Virus record (IMG/VR): IMGVR_UViG_3300031993_000003
Strand: one strand, 5' to 3'
Origin: a virus
DNA: 64,000 bases
This document shows, piece by piece, positions 1 to 9,895 of the stretch. Below the pieces are notes generated by a model. It was not told the origin of the DNA. It did no database searches and saw nothing but the letters and a program-made list of their open reading frames with translations. The position numbers and the translations under genes are program-made. Within the stretch, counting starts at the first letter, position 1, and each line of letters begins with the position of its first letter.

Positions 1-114
1 GACGACGGTTTCTGCGCGGTCTCCGTTCTGGCTGACGCTCGCGCTCCATTCGGTGTCCTTGATGATTTCTTCCAGTTTCTCCTGGGTCTTTTCGTAGTAA
101 GATTTGCGTGCCAT
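1..114 (-). CDS. hypothetical protein, 5' part only (MARKSYYEK...)
   Basis: ATG at 114 after SD AAGGAG and a repeat copy; runs off the window. Confidence 0.7.
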   Translation of the reverse strand, partial: MARKSYYEKTQEKLEEIIKDTEWSASVSQNGDRAETVV

Positions 115-198
115 GTTGCTGTCTCCTTGTTGTACTTGGCATATACCCCCGGTACCTCCCGGGAGCATCCCCCGGTGTCAGCCGGTGGGCTGCCGGTG

Positions 199-525
199 TC
201 AGCCGTCTACCTCAACGTTGACTATGAAGGCGTTGCCGTCGTGGTCGCACAGTTGCCATTCGCCAAGGAAATCGTCCTCCACGTCGCTATGCGATACCTC
301 GGAGTAGGTTCCCTCCGCGTTGCGCTTGAACAGCACGGCCTCCGTCCAGCAGGGCTCCTCGTCACCGCAGCCGACGATTTTCATGTCCACCAGGTACAGG
401 TCGTCGAGGAACGACGCGGTTTCCCCGTCCGAGGCCATGTCGTCCATGAGTCCGGGTTCGGAAAGCGCACGCTTGATGAAGTCGGCGCGTTCCTTGGAAA
501 TCTTTATTGTCTTGTAGTAGTCCAT
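199..525 (-). CDS. small acidic hypothetical protein
   Basis: ORF with SD AAGGAG and upstream repeat. Confidence 0.8.
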   Translation of the reverse strand: MDYYKTIKISKERADFIKRALSEPGLMDDMASDGETASFLDDLYLVDMKIVGCGDEEPCWTEAVLFKRNAEGTYSEVSHSDVEDDFLGEWQLCDHDGNAFIVNVEVDG

Positions 526-598
526 AGTTGTCTCCTTGTTGTATAAGAATTATCCTCCCGGGAGCTCCCGGGAGCATCCCCCGGACGTTCCCGGTGGG

Positions 599-952
599 CT
601 AAAAGTCCTTGCCCGGGCGGGGCTGGTAGACGTTCAGCTTCTTGACTTCGACCGGGAACCCCTTGCCGTCCATGTCGTCGTGCCAGTCTGCGCGGTACTG
701 CTCGAGCATGTACTTGACGTGCTCCGGGTCGCACCGGTCGGTTCCAGGGCGGGTGTGGGCATAGTAGTCGTAGCCGGACTCGTTGTAGTAGTGGCTGTTG
801 CCGGATTCTGTGCAGACACACTCGACCCAGCTCTTGTGGCACGCCTGCGAGCAGTTCCAGAAAAAAATAATCGGGAACCAGCACTTCTGGTACTTGTTGT
901 ATTCCTGCCGGAGAACAAATACGTTCTCCCAGTTCTTGACTTGTCTAGCCAT
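599..952 (-). CDS. hypothetical protein
   Basis: ORF with SD AAGGAG. Confidence 0.75.
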   Translation of the reverse strand: MARQVKNWENVFVLRQEYNKYQKCWFPIIFFWNCSQACHKSWVECVCTESGNSHYYNESGYDYYAHTRPGTDRCDPEHVKYMLEQYRADWHDDMDGKGFPVEVKKLNVYQPRPGKDF

Positions 953-1084
953 AGTTGTCTCCTTGATTTAAATATTTGGCTATATTCAGCCAAAGTGTTG
1001 CTGGGTTGTTAGCTGTTAATGAAAATGTTAATAAAATTTAACTAAACATACTTAAATATGCTAATGGAAATAATGTATATTTAG

Positions 1085-1296
1085 TTATGCCTAGTTTGAT
1101 ATGCCGACCGTGTTAAGGCTCTTCAGTAATGAAGTAGGACTAGGCAAGTCAGCCGTATTGCTTGATGCATATTAGGTATATCGCGTAGATACGGTTGATT
1201 AAGTGCCGTTACGGCCTACCCAGTGATGGGCAAGGTAGGAAATCACATAGGTCTATCTCTTGGTAGATTTAGGTAGGTTTCAGTTAACGGTTAAGA
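1085..1296 (+). ncRNA. candidate structured non-coding RNA
   Basis: ORF-free; consecutive stems with G-U pairs and GNRA loops (CTTCA-GTAA-TGAAG, CCCA-GTGA-TGGG); TGTATATT just upstream. Confidence 0.45.
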
Positions 1297-1647
1297 CTAG
1301 AGGTCGATGTATTCCAGTTCGAAGTCGATGATGCGGCTACCATTGGGGCTATCGACAAAGATGTTGTAGACATGCGTCCAAAACCATCGGCATTGGCGCT
1401 TAATCATGTAGCGCAGTTTGCGGTTGTCCTGGGGGCCATTGTAGTCCATGGCGACATTGCCGGAAATGCTCGGCTTGCCCTCATACCAGGTGTGATTAAG
1501 GGAAACCTTGCACCCGGGGTGCTTGCTGATTTCCTTGCATACATAGTCGATTAAAAGTTTTTTCTCGCTATCCTCAGTGTAGCGCGAGGGGCCGAACTTG
1601 AAAATCGGTTCCCTGTTGTGGCGCAGTATCCATAGGGTCACAGCCAT
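1297..1647 (-). CDS. hypothetical protein
   Basis: 116-aa ORF following the upstream gene. Confidence 0.7.
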   Translation of the reverse strand: MAVTLWILRHNREPIFKFGPSRYTEDSEKKLLIDYVCKEISKHPGCKVSLNHTWYEGKPSISGNVAMDYNGPQDNRKLRYMIKRQCRWFWTHVYNIFVDSPNGSRIIDFELEYIDL

Positions 1648-1658
1648 GTCTTACCCCC

Positions 1659-2054
1659 TTATCCGAAAGTCACTTCGCCAAAGATGGCGCAGTCGATGAA
1701 GGCGCAGTCGGTGTGCATGTCGGGGGAGTCGAGGTACTGCCTGAGGATTTCGGTCTCCTTGGTGAAGATGACATCGACGGCGCGTTCGAGGTGCTCGATG
1801 GTGAGGTCATGCTTGTCGCCTTCCGGGTCGGTGACAGTGAGGGTCATGCCGCGTTGGAGCATTTCGGCATAGATGTCCTCCACGCACGGGCCATAGGGGT
1901 CCTGCCAGTTCTCGGCGAGGGATTTCTTTACCGCATTGAACTGGTCGGTGTCGCCGTCAATCCAGTATTCGGAGCCGGTAAACGCGCCCGATATGATGTA
2001 GGTGAGCTTGTAGTCAGCCAGTTTCAGGAAGGCTTCGAGGTTGATGATAGTCAT
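1659..2054 (-). CDS. acidic hypothetical protein
   Basis: start moved to the ATG after SD AAGGAG. Confidence 0.75.
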   Translation of the reverse strand: MTIINLEAFLKLADYKLTYIISGAFTGSEYWIDGDTDQFNAVKKSLAENWQDPYGPCVEDIYAEMLQRGMTLTVTDPEGDKHDLTIEHLERAVDVIFTKETEILRQYLDSPDMHTDCAFIDCAIFGEVTFG

Positions 2055-2175
2055 GGTGTTGTCTCCTTGTTTGAATCTAGTATACCTCCCGGTATTACCC
2101 GGGAGCATCCCCCATCCGTACCCGGTGGGTTACCGGGAAGCCTCCGGAAGCACGCCGCCCGGGAACCCGGACATC

Positions 2176-2215
2176 AAAAAAAGAGTTGGCCCCCGGACGC
2201 ACCGGGGGCCAACTG
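2176..2215 (-). terminator. intrinsic terminator
   Basis: AGTTGGCCCCCGG/CCGGGGGCCAACT stem followed by a T-run on the minus strand; related copy at ~2930-2965. Confidence 0.75.
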
Positions 2216-2274
2216 GTGGCTGCTATGGAATTAAGTTGCGGTTGCTACCACGGTGGGTTGGCTTTCTCCTTCTG

Positions 2275-2433
2275 TTACAGACCATCTTCCTCTCGGCTTC
2301 GAATCCACTGGAAAAAAGATTTTTTGCAGTCGCCGCATATGATGTTCTCGGAACCGCCCACCTTGAGTATAAGGAACTTGGCGTATTCCCCCGAAGTATC
2401 AAACTCCTGACGGCAGAAAGGGCACGTCCTCAT
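2275..2433 (-). CDS. 52-aa CxxC...CxxC zinc-finger-like protein (not in ORF track)
   Basis: MRTCPFC...ICGDC; ATGA overlap with the DUF2958 stop. Confidence 0.6.
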   Translation of the reverse strand: MRTCPFCRQEFDTSGEYAKFLILKVGGSENIICGDCKKSFFQWIRSREEDGL

Positions 2434-2810
2434 TGCCAGTCCTCCCCGTAGAGCCTGCGGAGTTCCCCGAGGGTATTCTTCAGGGGTTCCACGGAGGTAT
2501 CACGCTCGATGTACATACCGAACGGGAGTTTCAGGTCGAACAGTTCCTTCAGGCTGATGTCCCCGAGTTCCAGCCCGTAGCCCAGCGTGGAGGCAGAGAA
2601 CACAATCATGTTCTCCTCGACGTGGTCGGCATCCTTGTGTTCCGGGTCGGTGAAGAACATGGAGTCCTCCAGCACGTACCAGGTTCCGCGTCCGCACGGG
2701 TTGAAGTAGCGGGCGATGACCTTCTTCTCGTCCTTCGGCGTCCCGTCGGTGGAGCCGTAGGGGGTCTTGGCCAGCGCGCTGATTATTTCCTGGGTGATTC
2801 TCTTCTGCAT
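2430..2810 (-). CDS. DUF2958-like protein
   Basis: motifs RYFNPCGRGTWYVLE, ELGDISLKEL, IERD. Confidence 0.75.
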   Translation of the reverse strand: MQKRITQEIISALAKTPYGSTDGTPKDEKKVIARYFNPCGRGTWYVLEDSMFFTDPEHKDADHVEENMIVFSASTLGYGLELGDISLKELFDLKLPFGMYIERDTSVEPLKNTLGELRRLYGEDWQ

Positions 2811-2984
2811 TGTTGTCTCCTTGTTGTATAAGAATTATCCTCCCGGGCGCTACCGGGAGCATCCCCCGGACATTCCCGGTGGGTTCCCGGCAATTTTCCT
2901 GTGACCGGTCAGCCGGCCGCTTCAGGTACAAAAAGAGCTGGCCCCCGGGACATCCGGGAGCCAGCCGTTGGCTGCTATGGAGGT

Positions 2985-3164
2985 TCATCGTCTGGGGATG
3001 GCGTCTGCCACCTCCTTAAGTACCTTGGCGTGGGCATCCATCGACTCGTTGAACTTCTTGATTGCCTCCCGGAGTTCCCCGAGCATGTCCCCGATGTTCT
3101 CCAGGTTGTTGTTCAGTTGCGCGGTCGCCCTCTGTTCACCTACGGTCGGTCCTGCGAAAGCCAT
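2985..3164 (-). CDS. 59-aa coiled-coil-like protein (not in ORF track)
   Basis: MAFAGPTVGEQ...; SD AAGGAGG and repeat upstream. Confidence 0.65.
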   Translation of the reverse strand: MAFAGPTVGEQRATAQLNNNLENIGDMLGELREAIKKFNESMDAHAKVLKEVADAIPRR

Positions 3165-3246
3165 ATAGTGCCTCCTTTGTTATATCCCGTATCCCTCCCG
3201 GATGCCACCGTGGGCATCCCCCGGGAGGAACCGGTGGTATAAAAAA

Positions 3247-3906
3247 TTATTTCCTGTACTTGTCGAAGTCGCAGTTCCAGAGTTCCAGCTCGCTGTTGTG
3301 GATGTCGCCCAAGTCCTCGCAGGCGATGAACTCGCATTCATCGACGATTCTCTCGAGGTCGTACTCGTCGGGATTCCTCCCTTCGTCCTCAAGGCAACGG
3401 ATTGCCTCGTTCATCTTCTTGTCATGGGAAAGCAGGACATCGGAATATGATTCGCTGGTAAGGGAATATTCCCCGTCAAAGCCGTCCACGAAGCGGAGGT
3501 AGTCGCAACCCGATTCGCAGGAGACCATGCTGAACTCGAGCATCGGGTACTTGGCGATAACCGCCTTGAGCCAGTCGGTAGGCCCTACGTAGGGAGTGTC
3601 GAACTCGTACACGGCACACCCCGGGTCATGGTCCAGGCTGACGTTGGCACAGTCCCACTTCGTACCCCAGTGAGTAATACGCCAGTCCCACCAGTTGAAC
3701 TGGAAGTCCCCTTCCGGGGTATGGATGATGTCGCCGTCAATCCCGGAGTTTTCCGCCGGTTTCCACCACTTGCGGTCTTCCCTCTCCTCGGGTACGCTGG
3801 CGTTGAATGTCAATGGGCAGTCCTCGCCCTTGTTCTCCTTCACGAACCGGGCGACCTCGAAGGTGCTCCCGGTGACCTCAAGCCTGTTCTGACAGATGTT
3901 GCTCAT
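3247..3906 (-). CDS. DUF1281/YubB ferredoxin-like domain protein
   Basis: N-terminal NxCxNxL, WxxWRxxxWGTKW and FDTP motifs. Confidence 0.75.
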   Translation of the reverse strand: MSNICQNRLEVTGSTFEVARFVKENKGEDCPLTFNASVPEEREDRKWWKPAENSGIDGDIIHTPEGDFQFNWWDWRITHWGTKWDCANVSLDHDPGCAVYEFDTPYVGPTDWLKAVIAKYPMLEFSMVSCESGCDYLRFVDGFDGEYSLTSESYSDVLLSHDKKMNEAIRCLEDEGRNPDEYDLERIVDECEFIACEDLGDIHNSELELWNCDFDKYRK

Positions 3907-4039
3907 AGTAGCCTCCATGCTATGACATGTATATCCTCCCGGTAGTCTCATAGAGCATCCCCCGGGAGTACCCGGTGGCTACCGGGAGGCAGCAGGACGG
4001 ATTCCCGGGACAGGAACTGCCGCTTCAGGGACAAACGAG

Positions 4040-4070
4040 GAAGCCTCCCGGAATGTACCGGGAGGCTCCT
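4040..4070 (-). terminator. CCTCCCGG-loop-CCGGGAGG hairpin family (terminator-like)
   Basis: related hairpins at ~5858, 8526, 9239, 13342, 13815, 14465, 15410, 16418, 16885, several followed by T-runs on the minus strand. Confidence 0.7.
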
Positions 4071-4090
4071 TGTTGGCTGCTATGGAAAAG

Positions 4091-4243
4091 TTAGAGTGCG
4101 ACCGCGTTGAGTTCGTCGGGGTCTGCCGTGAGGTACTCGGTATAGGCGAGGTTCTCGGCGAGTTCACGGGCTTCCTCCCGGGAGTTGGCCTCGACCTCGA
4201 CTGTGAACTCCACGTTTACGGATACGGGTATTCGGTAAGTCAT
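4091..4243 (-). CDS. 50-aa acidic protein (not in ORF track)
   Basis: MTYRIPVSVNVEFTVEVEANSREEA; resembles 5542-5733. Confidence 0.65.
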   Translation of the reverse strand: MTYRIPVSVNVEFTVEVEANSREEARELAENLAYTEYLTADPDELNAVAL

Positions 4244-4245
4244 GT

Positions 4246-4533
4246 CTATACCTCCATCATGGTGTGGAAGTCGTTGGATTCGTTATTGACCTGCATGGCG
4301 AAGTAGCCGAAGTAGCCGCCCGCCATGAGGGTATCCATGAGGGTGTCCCCGTCTATCGGGTCGCCGTGGCAGTCGGTGACTTCGAACCCGTCTTCAGTCC
4401 ATTCGTCATAGAGCTGCTTCATGATTTTCGCGCAGTCCTCCAGTGTACCGGAGTAGTGCCTGATGGCCAGGTACTCCTTGTACGACTGGGGATTCCCGCA
4501 GTGGTCTATGATGATATATTCCTTGTTTGCCAT
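4246..4533 (-). CDS. hypothetical protein
   Basis: SD AAGGAGG and repeat. Confidence 0.75.
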   Translation of the reverse strand: MANKEYIIIDHCGNPQSYKEYLAIRHYSGTLEDCAKIMKQLYDEWTEDGFEVTDCHGDPIDGDTLMDTLMAGGYFGYFAMQVNNESNDFHTMMEV

Positions 4534-4697
4534 GTCAGCCTCCTTTGTATAAAAAATATCCTCCCGGTTAATCCCGGGGGCATCCCCCGGACATGCCCGG
4601 TGGCAATATAAAGAATTTCCCGGGAGGTACCAGTGTTGTTGTGGTCGGGCAGTGTAGCGCCCATGGTACCTCCCGGGCCGGGGCAGGGATTCCCCGG

Positions 4698-4928
4698 TTA
4701 ATCCAGAACCTCGTCAATCTGGTCGCCGTAGCACCAGTGGCCATTGTCGAGTTCGAGCACGGAACATTCACGGTTGTCAAAATCTATGAAGGCGACCTCG
4801 GTTCCATACTTGGAGTGCGGTTCCTCGGTTTCCTCGATGCCTTCCACCTTGGCTTCCTTCGGTTCCTCGCTCCCCCAAGCGCCCCGCCACATCACGCGGC
4901 TGCCTAGCTTGATTACCTTGTCGCTCAT
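4698..4928 (-). CDS. small acidic hypothetical protein
   Basis: ATGA coupling to the upstream gene. Confidence 0.7.
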   Translation of the reverse strand: MSDKVIKLGSRVMWRGAWGSEEPKEAKVEGIEETEEPHSKYGTEVAFIDFDNRECSVLELDNGHWCYGDQIDEVLD

Positions 4929-5245
4929 TCCACTACCTCCTCGGAGATGTCCCATTCGCACCAAGTCCCGTTGCCGTCGATGTCGATGGATTCGGCCTTG
5001 CGGGCTTCGGCAAGGGTCACTCCCTCGGCTTCCTCGCCGTCTATGGTGCTGACCGCGTCGTTGACCTTGTCTTCGTCGTCGAATGCCTCGAGCTCACGGA
5101 GGTAGTTCTCGATGTTGTCCCCCTTGGCCTTCTCGGCCTTGCCCTTGGTGGAGAACACGCCGATGATGCCCATGCCGGACGGGCCGTGCCTGTCCTCGAA
5201 GCGGTAGTGGGCTACCCATACTTTCTGCTTTTCTTCTTTTGCCAT
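4925..5245 (-). CDS. acidic hypothetical protein
   Basis: SD and repeat. Confidence 0.75.
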   Translation of the reverse strand: MAKEEKQKVWVAHYRFEDRHGPSGMGIIGVFSTKGKAEKAKGDNIENYLRELEAFDDEDKVNDAVSTIDGEEAEGVTLAEARKAESIDIDGNGTWCEWDISEEVVE

Positions 5246-5323
5246 ATTCAGCCTCCTTTGGTTGTATAAAAATTATCCTCCCGGTACCTCCCGGGAGCAT
5301 CCCCCGGGAGCGCCCGGTGTTAA

Positions 5324-5545
5324 TTACATGGGTTCGGCGGAAAGGATTTCCGCGTCCACCCCGGGTTCCTCGTCCGGGAAGACCTCCGGGTACTGGGCGA
5401 ACAGGTGGGGGAATATGTCCTGCTCTGGATAGTAGCCGTCCGCGTCTGGCTTGACCGTATCCGGAACCTCCACGGAGTAGGTGTCCGTGTCTATGTGCTC
5501 GCCCGTCTCCGGGTCGGTTATCCTTACCTCGACATCCAGCGTCAT
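5324..5545 (-). CDS. very acidic small protein
   Basis: ATGA coupling; D/E-rich. Confidence 0.7.
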   Translation of the reverse strand: MTLDVEVRITDPETGEHIDTDTYSVEVPDTVKPDADGYYPEQDIFPHLFAQYPEVFPDEEPGVDAEILSAEPM

Positions 5546-5733
5546 CCTTCCACCTCCGTGCGGTACGTCTCGAAGTCCAGCTCGAGGTCGTGCGTCTCCG
5601 CGAGTTCTTCCAGCGAGCGGCTCGCTGCGGCATCCACGGCATTCTCCTCGGCGGCTTCCGGGGATTCCGCGTCGACTTCCACGTGGATATACGCGTAACA
5701 GCGTACCAGTACCTTGTATTTCTTCTGCGCCAT
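5542..5733 (-). CDS. small acidic protein
   Basis: SD and repeat; VEVxAxS/xExA motif shared with 4091-4243. Confidence 0.7.
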   Translation of the reverse strand: MAQKKYKVLVRCYAYIHVEVDAESPEAAEENAVDAAASRSLEELAETHDLELDFETYRTEVEG

Positions 5734-5905
5734 GTCAGCCTCCTTGATATGGTATTGGTATTCCTCCCGGGGGGTTCCGGGAGCATCCCCCGGAGCTCCC
5801 CGGTGGGTTACCGGGAGATGACCGGCGGAGGCATGTCGGATTCCCGGAGGGATAAAGGAAGCCTCCCGGAAGATACCGGGAGGCTACCGGGAGGTTGCTA
5901 TGTAG

Positions 5906-8404
5906 TTACTTGCGGAGGAAGCCGAGTTCATAGACCTGCGGGAGCATCTTGTCCTTGAGGGTCTTGAAGTCGGCCTTAAGGGTGGCGAACTCCTTCGGGC
6001 AGGCTTCCTCGAACAGTCCCTTCAACTGTCTCCAGCCACAGTCCCACCTCTGAACCTGGAGTTCCGGGTGGGCCTTGGCATAGGCCGGGCGGGCACTGGC
6101 GGATGCCTTGAGGCAGGCCTTGAAGTCGTCAAGTACCTTCTGCCCTTCCGGGGTCAGGTCGGTCAGTTTGTCGGCGATAAAGCGCTTGGCATCCTTCGAG
6201 TTCTCCTTCCACTGGAGTCCGAGGAGTTGATAGGTTTCCTTCTTGGTGAAGGGGTAGAATTGATTGAGAAATTCGTATGCGTCCCCGTCTACCTCGCCCT
6301 TGATGGAGGTCTGGTTGGACTTGGCCTCGAACATGGAAAACACAAAGCAATCTTTTTGCCATTCGGAGTATTTGGGATTGGCAGTGTCCGGCGCCATGTA
6401 ACAGTCCTGGTGGTTCCACACTTCATCTACTACGAGTCGTCGGGCGGCGAAGCCGGATACTGCGCGGTCGAAGTTCTCCGGGAGGAGGTTGAAACAGTTT
6501 CCTCGGCTAAATGGGATTGAGAATAACCCAACAAATTGTGCATTCGCCTCAACACAATTACTGGAAAGAACTGCACAGCCAAGTGAACCGGCACACCACC
6601 GTCCTCTAGCGGTCCCATCGGCATCCGTTTTAATTTTGATGCCATCGGTTGTGTTGATGGAAGAGACGGTTTTTGGTAAAGGGCCTTTTACCCAATCAGA
6701 CATTTTTTCTTGACCGTCCAGATTGTAGTAAGTATGCGTTCCAATGCAGACCAGGTCTTGACCATCTTGGTTTTCCATCAGGTCAACCGGAAATTCAGTC
6801 TGGAGCGGTTTTGAAGATTTTTTCCCGGTAGGCTTCTCCATATTCCATACTGAGAAGTTAATTGCCCAACCCGGTTTCACCCCGGAAAATTCTTCCGACG
6901 GGAAAGCGAAGGAATTATTGAAGGTGAATACATCGAGCCATTCCTTGCGGAACTTCTCGCAGGCATCTCCCGTAATCCACGAGGGTGACGAGAACAGACC
7001 GACGGTAACGTTAGTAAGTTTAAATTCTTTTACAATCTCCATCATTCGGTACAAAAATTGTACAGTAAGTTCGTTCGCGGCCTTTCCCAGTCCCTTTTCC
7101 ATCATGCGGGATTTGACTGCTGTTTTTGAAGATTCTTTCTTGGAATCACCACCCTTGTTTGCACCTTCACCTGTCCCGCTGTACGGAGGATTTTGGATAA
7201 AAACAATTTTTTTATCTTTGTTTGCCTTGAGGGCTTCTACCAGGGTCTTCGGGAGGGTTGCGATGTCGCAATTCAAGAAGTCCCAGACGAAGGTTTCCTT
7301 TGCCTCGGTGGAGAGGGAATCGGAGCACTTCAATTCATTCGGGTCGATGGTGGAAAGAAAAAGATTTCCGAACTCATAATCGCGGGTGAGACTTTTCGTT
7401 CCACAAGAGCCGTCCCATACGAGGCAGGATTCTTCCCAGTCCTGACCGGCAACGCGGGCGATGCGACGGTGTGCCTCGTCAACCCACAACTTACCAGTGA
7501 AGAACTGCCCTCCCCTTCTACGTTCAGCCTCGCTAACTAGGGTATCGTAGAGGCGTTCGAGTTCGCGGTGGTCGTTCTCGGTGAAGGCACCGAAGCGGGC
7601 CTTGAACTGCCTTGCCTTGACTTCGTCCACGGCGACCGGGGCGTACCCGTCCACACCCATCAACTTTCCGTTCATGATGATGGCATCGTCCTGGCTCTTG
7701 AGGTAGCCGTAGAAGCGGCCAACGACCTCGTTAGCGGACATCCCTTCGGTGGATTTCAAAATTTTTGTCGAGAAGTAGTCGAATCCCTTCTTCAGGGTGG
7801 CGGCCGTAATCGGGACGATACGGGCAATGCCGTTCGCCATCGCGTCGATGGCATCAAAAATTTTTTCCGGGTCGAAATCCGGGTCGTCGATGTGGTACAC
7901 GATGGACTGCTCCTGCACGGCGGCATCCTTGACGAGGGCTTCCAGCAGTTTAGCGTTCTTCCACTGCTCGCTCGGGGCGAGTTTCTCGTCCACCATGTTC
8001 ACGTACTGGTTCACGTAGTTGATATGGAGAGCCCAGCACTCGTTGCGGTCGGCCACGAAGATGACATCCGGGGTGCGGAGGTTGGTCTTGCCGTTGAGGA
8101 AGCGGGTGTAGTACTGGATGGCCTGGGCGAGCACCTTCGCGCGCACCGTGGCATCCTGCATGTCCACGTCGGCCTTGAACTCGATGAGCAGGGCCTTCTT
8201 GTCGATGCTCACGTAGGCGTCGCAGTGCTTGTAGCGGGTGATGGACACCTTCTTCCAGTGCTTCTCGATGGCCGGGAGCCACACCAGGGCCACCTGGCTC
8301 TCCTGGTCGGAGGACTTCGGGTCGATTGCGCGGAGCTTTGCCTCGAATTCCTTGGCCTTTGCGGACTTGGTGTAGGTTGCGGTGTTGAGTGTTCTTGTAG
8401 TCAT
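5906..8404 (-). CDS. Type IIG-like fused restriction endonuclease / N6-adenine DNA methyltransferase
   Basis: N-terminal D...IEFK and QAIQY (PD-(D/E)xK-like), GQFFT, motif I-like WDGSCGT, motif IV NPPY, long C-terminal region. Confidence 0.75.
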   Translation of the reverse strand: MTTRTLNTATYTKSAKAKEFEAKLRAIDPKSSDQESQVALVWLPAIEKHWKKVSITRYKHCDAYVSIDKKALLIEFKADVDMQDATVRAKVLAQAIQYYTRFLNGKTNLRTPDVIFVADRNECWALHINYVNQYVNMVDEKLAPSEQWKNAKLLEALVKDAAVQEQSIVYHIDDPDFDPEKIFDAIDAMANGIARIVPITAATLKKGFDYFSTKILKSTEGMSANEVVGRFYGYLKSQDDAIIMNGKLMGVDGYAPVAVDEVKARQFKARFGAFTENDHRELERLYDTLVSEAERRRGGQFFTGKLWVDEAHRRIARVAGQDWEESCLVWDGSCGTKSLTRDYEFGNLFLSTIDPNELKCSDSLSTEAKETFVWDFLNCDIATLPKTLVEALKANKDKKIVFIQNPPYSGTGEGANKGGDSKKESSKTAVKSRMMEKGLGKAANELTVQFLYRMMEIVKEFKLTNVTVGLFSSPSWITGDACEKFRKEWLDVFTFNNSFAFPSEEFSGVKPGWAINFSVWNMEKPTGKKSSKPLQTEFPVDLMENQDGQDLVCIGTHTYYNLDGQEKMSDWVKGPLPKTVSSINTTDGIKIKTDADGTARGRWCAGSLGCAVLSSNCVEANAQFVGLFSIPFSRGNCFNLLPENFDRAVSGFAARRLVVDEVWNHQDCYMAPDTANPKYSEWQKDCFVFSMFEAKSNQTSIKGEVDGDAYEFLNQFYPFTKKETYQLLGLQWKENSKDAKRFIADKLTDLTPEGQKVLDDFKACLKASASARPAYAKAHPELQVQRWDCGWRQLKGLFEEACPKEFATLKADFKTLKDKMLPQVYELGFLRK

Positions 8405-8580
8405 AGCAGCTTCCTCTTGTTATATACTATATCCTACCGGTACCTCCCGGGAGCATCCCCCGGAGCTTCCCGGTGACTACCATGCTCTCCAGCTCGCAGC
8501 ATGCTTCAGGTACCCGGGATAAACAGGAAGCCTCCCGGAATTTACCGGGAGGCTACCGGGAGGTTGCTAATTAAAAAAAA

Positions 8581-9069
8581 TTAACACAAGATGGCCACGA
8601 TGTTCTCGAAGGGAATCAATATCTTATGGTATTTCTCCCCGTCCTTGGACGTGCGGCAGTGCATGTAGTTGAAGCCGCAGTGCCCCGCGGAGGTCTCCGT
8701 GTAGCGCTTCTCATACGTCTGCCCGTCGCGGAACTCGCCAGTGCCGATGAGGTCGTCCTTGCGCTGGTCGTCCTTTCCGCTGACCTTGCGGAGGTGGCGC
8801 ACCGTGACCTTCACGAACCCGTCACACACTTCAACCGAATCCAGGTAGTTTTCCAGCTTGAACTTCCGGTCGTTCCTCTTGAGACCGTCCACGAAGTCCT
8901 TCCTCAGGTCATCCGCGTCCACGCACTCGGGATACCTCGTAAGGAACACCTCAACGCTGCTGGAACTGCTGGAATACAGTCCGCCGCTGTGCATCCCGGT
9001 ATATACTATCTCGGCGATTCCGTTCTTCCTCGCCTCGTCAACCATTGCGCTTACTACTTTCTTGTCCAT
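8581..9069 (-). CDS. hypothetical protein
   Basis: SD GGAGG and repeat. Confidence 0.75.
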   Translation of the reverse strand: MDKKVVSAMVDEARKNGIAEIVYTGMHSGGLYSSSSSSVEVFLTRYPECVDADDLRKDFVDGLKRNDRKFKLENYLDSVEVCDGFVKVTVRHLRKVSGKDDQRKDDLIGTGEFRDGQTYEKRYTETSAGHCGFNYMHCRTSKDGEKYHKILIPFENIVAILC

Positions 9070-9288
9070 AATAGCCTCCGTTTATCCTATCTATCCCTCC
9101 CGGTACCTCCCGGGAGCATCCCCCGGAAAATCCCGGTGGCTGCCATGCTCTCCAGCTCGCAGCATGCTTCAGGCACCCGGGATAGTAGAATTGTACTGAC
9201 GCGTCAAGTACCTTATTGTAAAATTTAAAATACAAAACAGCCTCCCGGAACTAACCGGGAGGCCACAGGGAGGTCGGCACAGAAAAAA

Positions 9289-9819
9289 TTAAATAAAGTA
9301 CCAGTCAATGGGCTTGGTGTAATCCTCTATGTCCACGGGGGAGCAGTATTCCTCCTCGCACTTTTCAAGGTACTTCAGCCCTTCTTCGGTAATTTCCCTC
9401 ACGTGGTGGAAGTTGGTGCCGTCATGGTGGGGAACCTCCACGAACAGCCCCTCGGAATCGTACCCTACGCGGAACTCGTAGCAGGCGCAGTCGGGGATGA
9501 ACTTCACGAAGAAGTCCCTTACGTTATCCACGCGCACCGGGCAGCAGGTGCCACGGGGACCGTCCCACAGTCCGCAGTGACCTGTCACAAGGACGTTCCT
9601 GGGAAACTGCTTCGTGTACTTCAGTCCGGCCTCGAAGCTCTCCCAGTCCCATTCGCGGGCATGGGCGACCTCGTCCCAGTATGCCTTGCTGTCCTCCTCG
9701 GGAACCGGCCAGTCGTTGGCCTCGCAGTTCTCGCGGATTTCATCCATAGTAATTTCCCGGTCGCTCTCGTAGATGTAGACCTTGTCCTTGCCGTTAAGAT
9801 TTACCTTTTCCCTTTCCAT
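9289..9819 (-). CDS. hypothetical phage protein
   Basis: SD and repeat; GLWDG and HHDGTN motifs. Confidence 0.75.
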   Translation of the reverse strand: MEREKVNLNGKDKVYIYESDREITMDEIRENCEANDWPVPEEDSKAYWDEVAHAREWDWESFEAGLKYTKQFPRNVLVTGHCGLWDGPRGTCCPVRVDNVRDFFVKFIPDCACYEFRVGYDSEGLFVEVPHHDGTNFHHVREITEEGLKYLEKCEEEYCSPVDIEDYTKPIDWYFI

Positions 9820-9895
9820 GGTAGCCTCCGTTTGTTGCTATACGTATTATCCTCCCGGAAATGCCCGGGAGCATCCCCCGGAAATCCCCGGTAGG

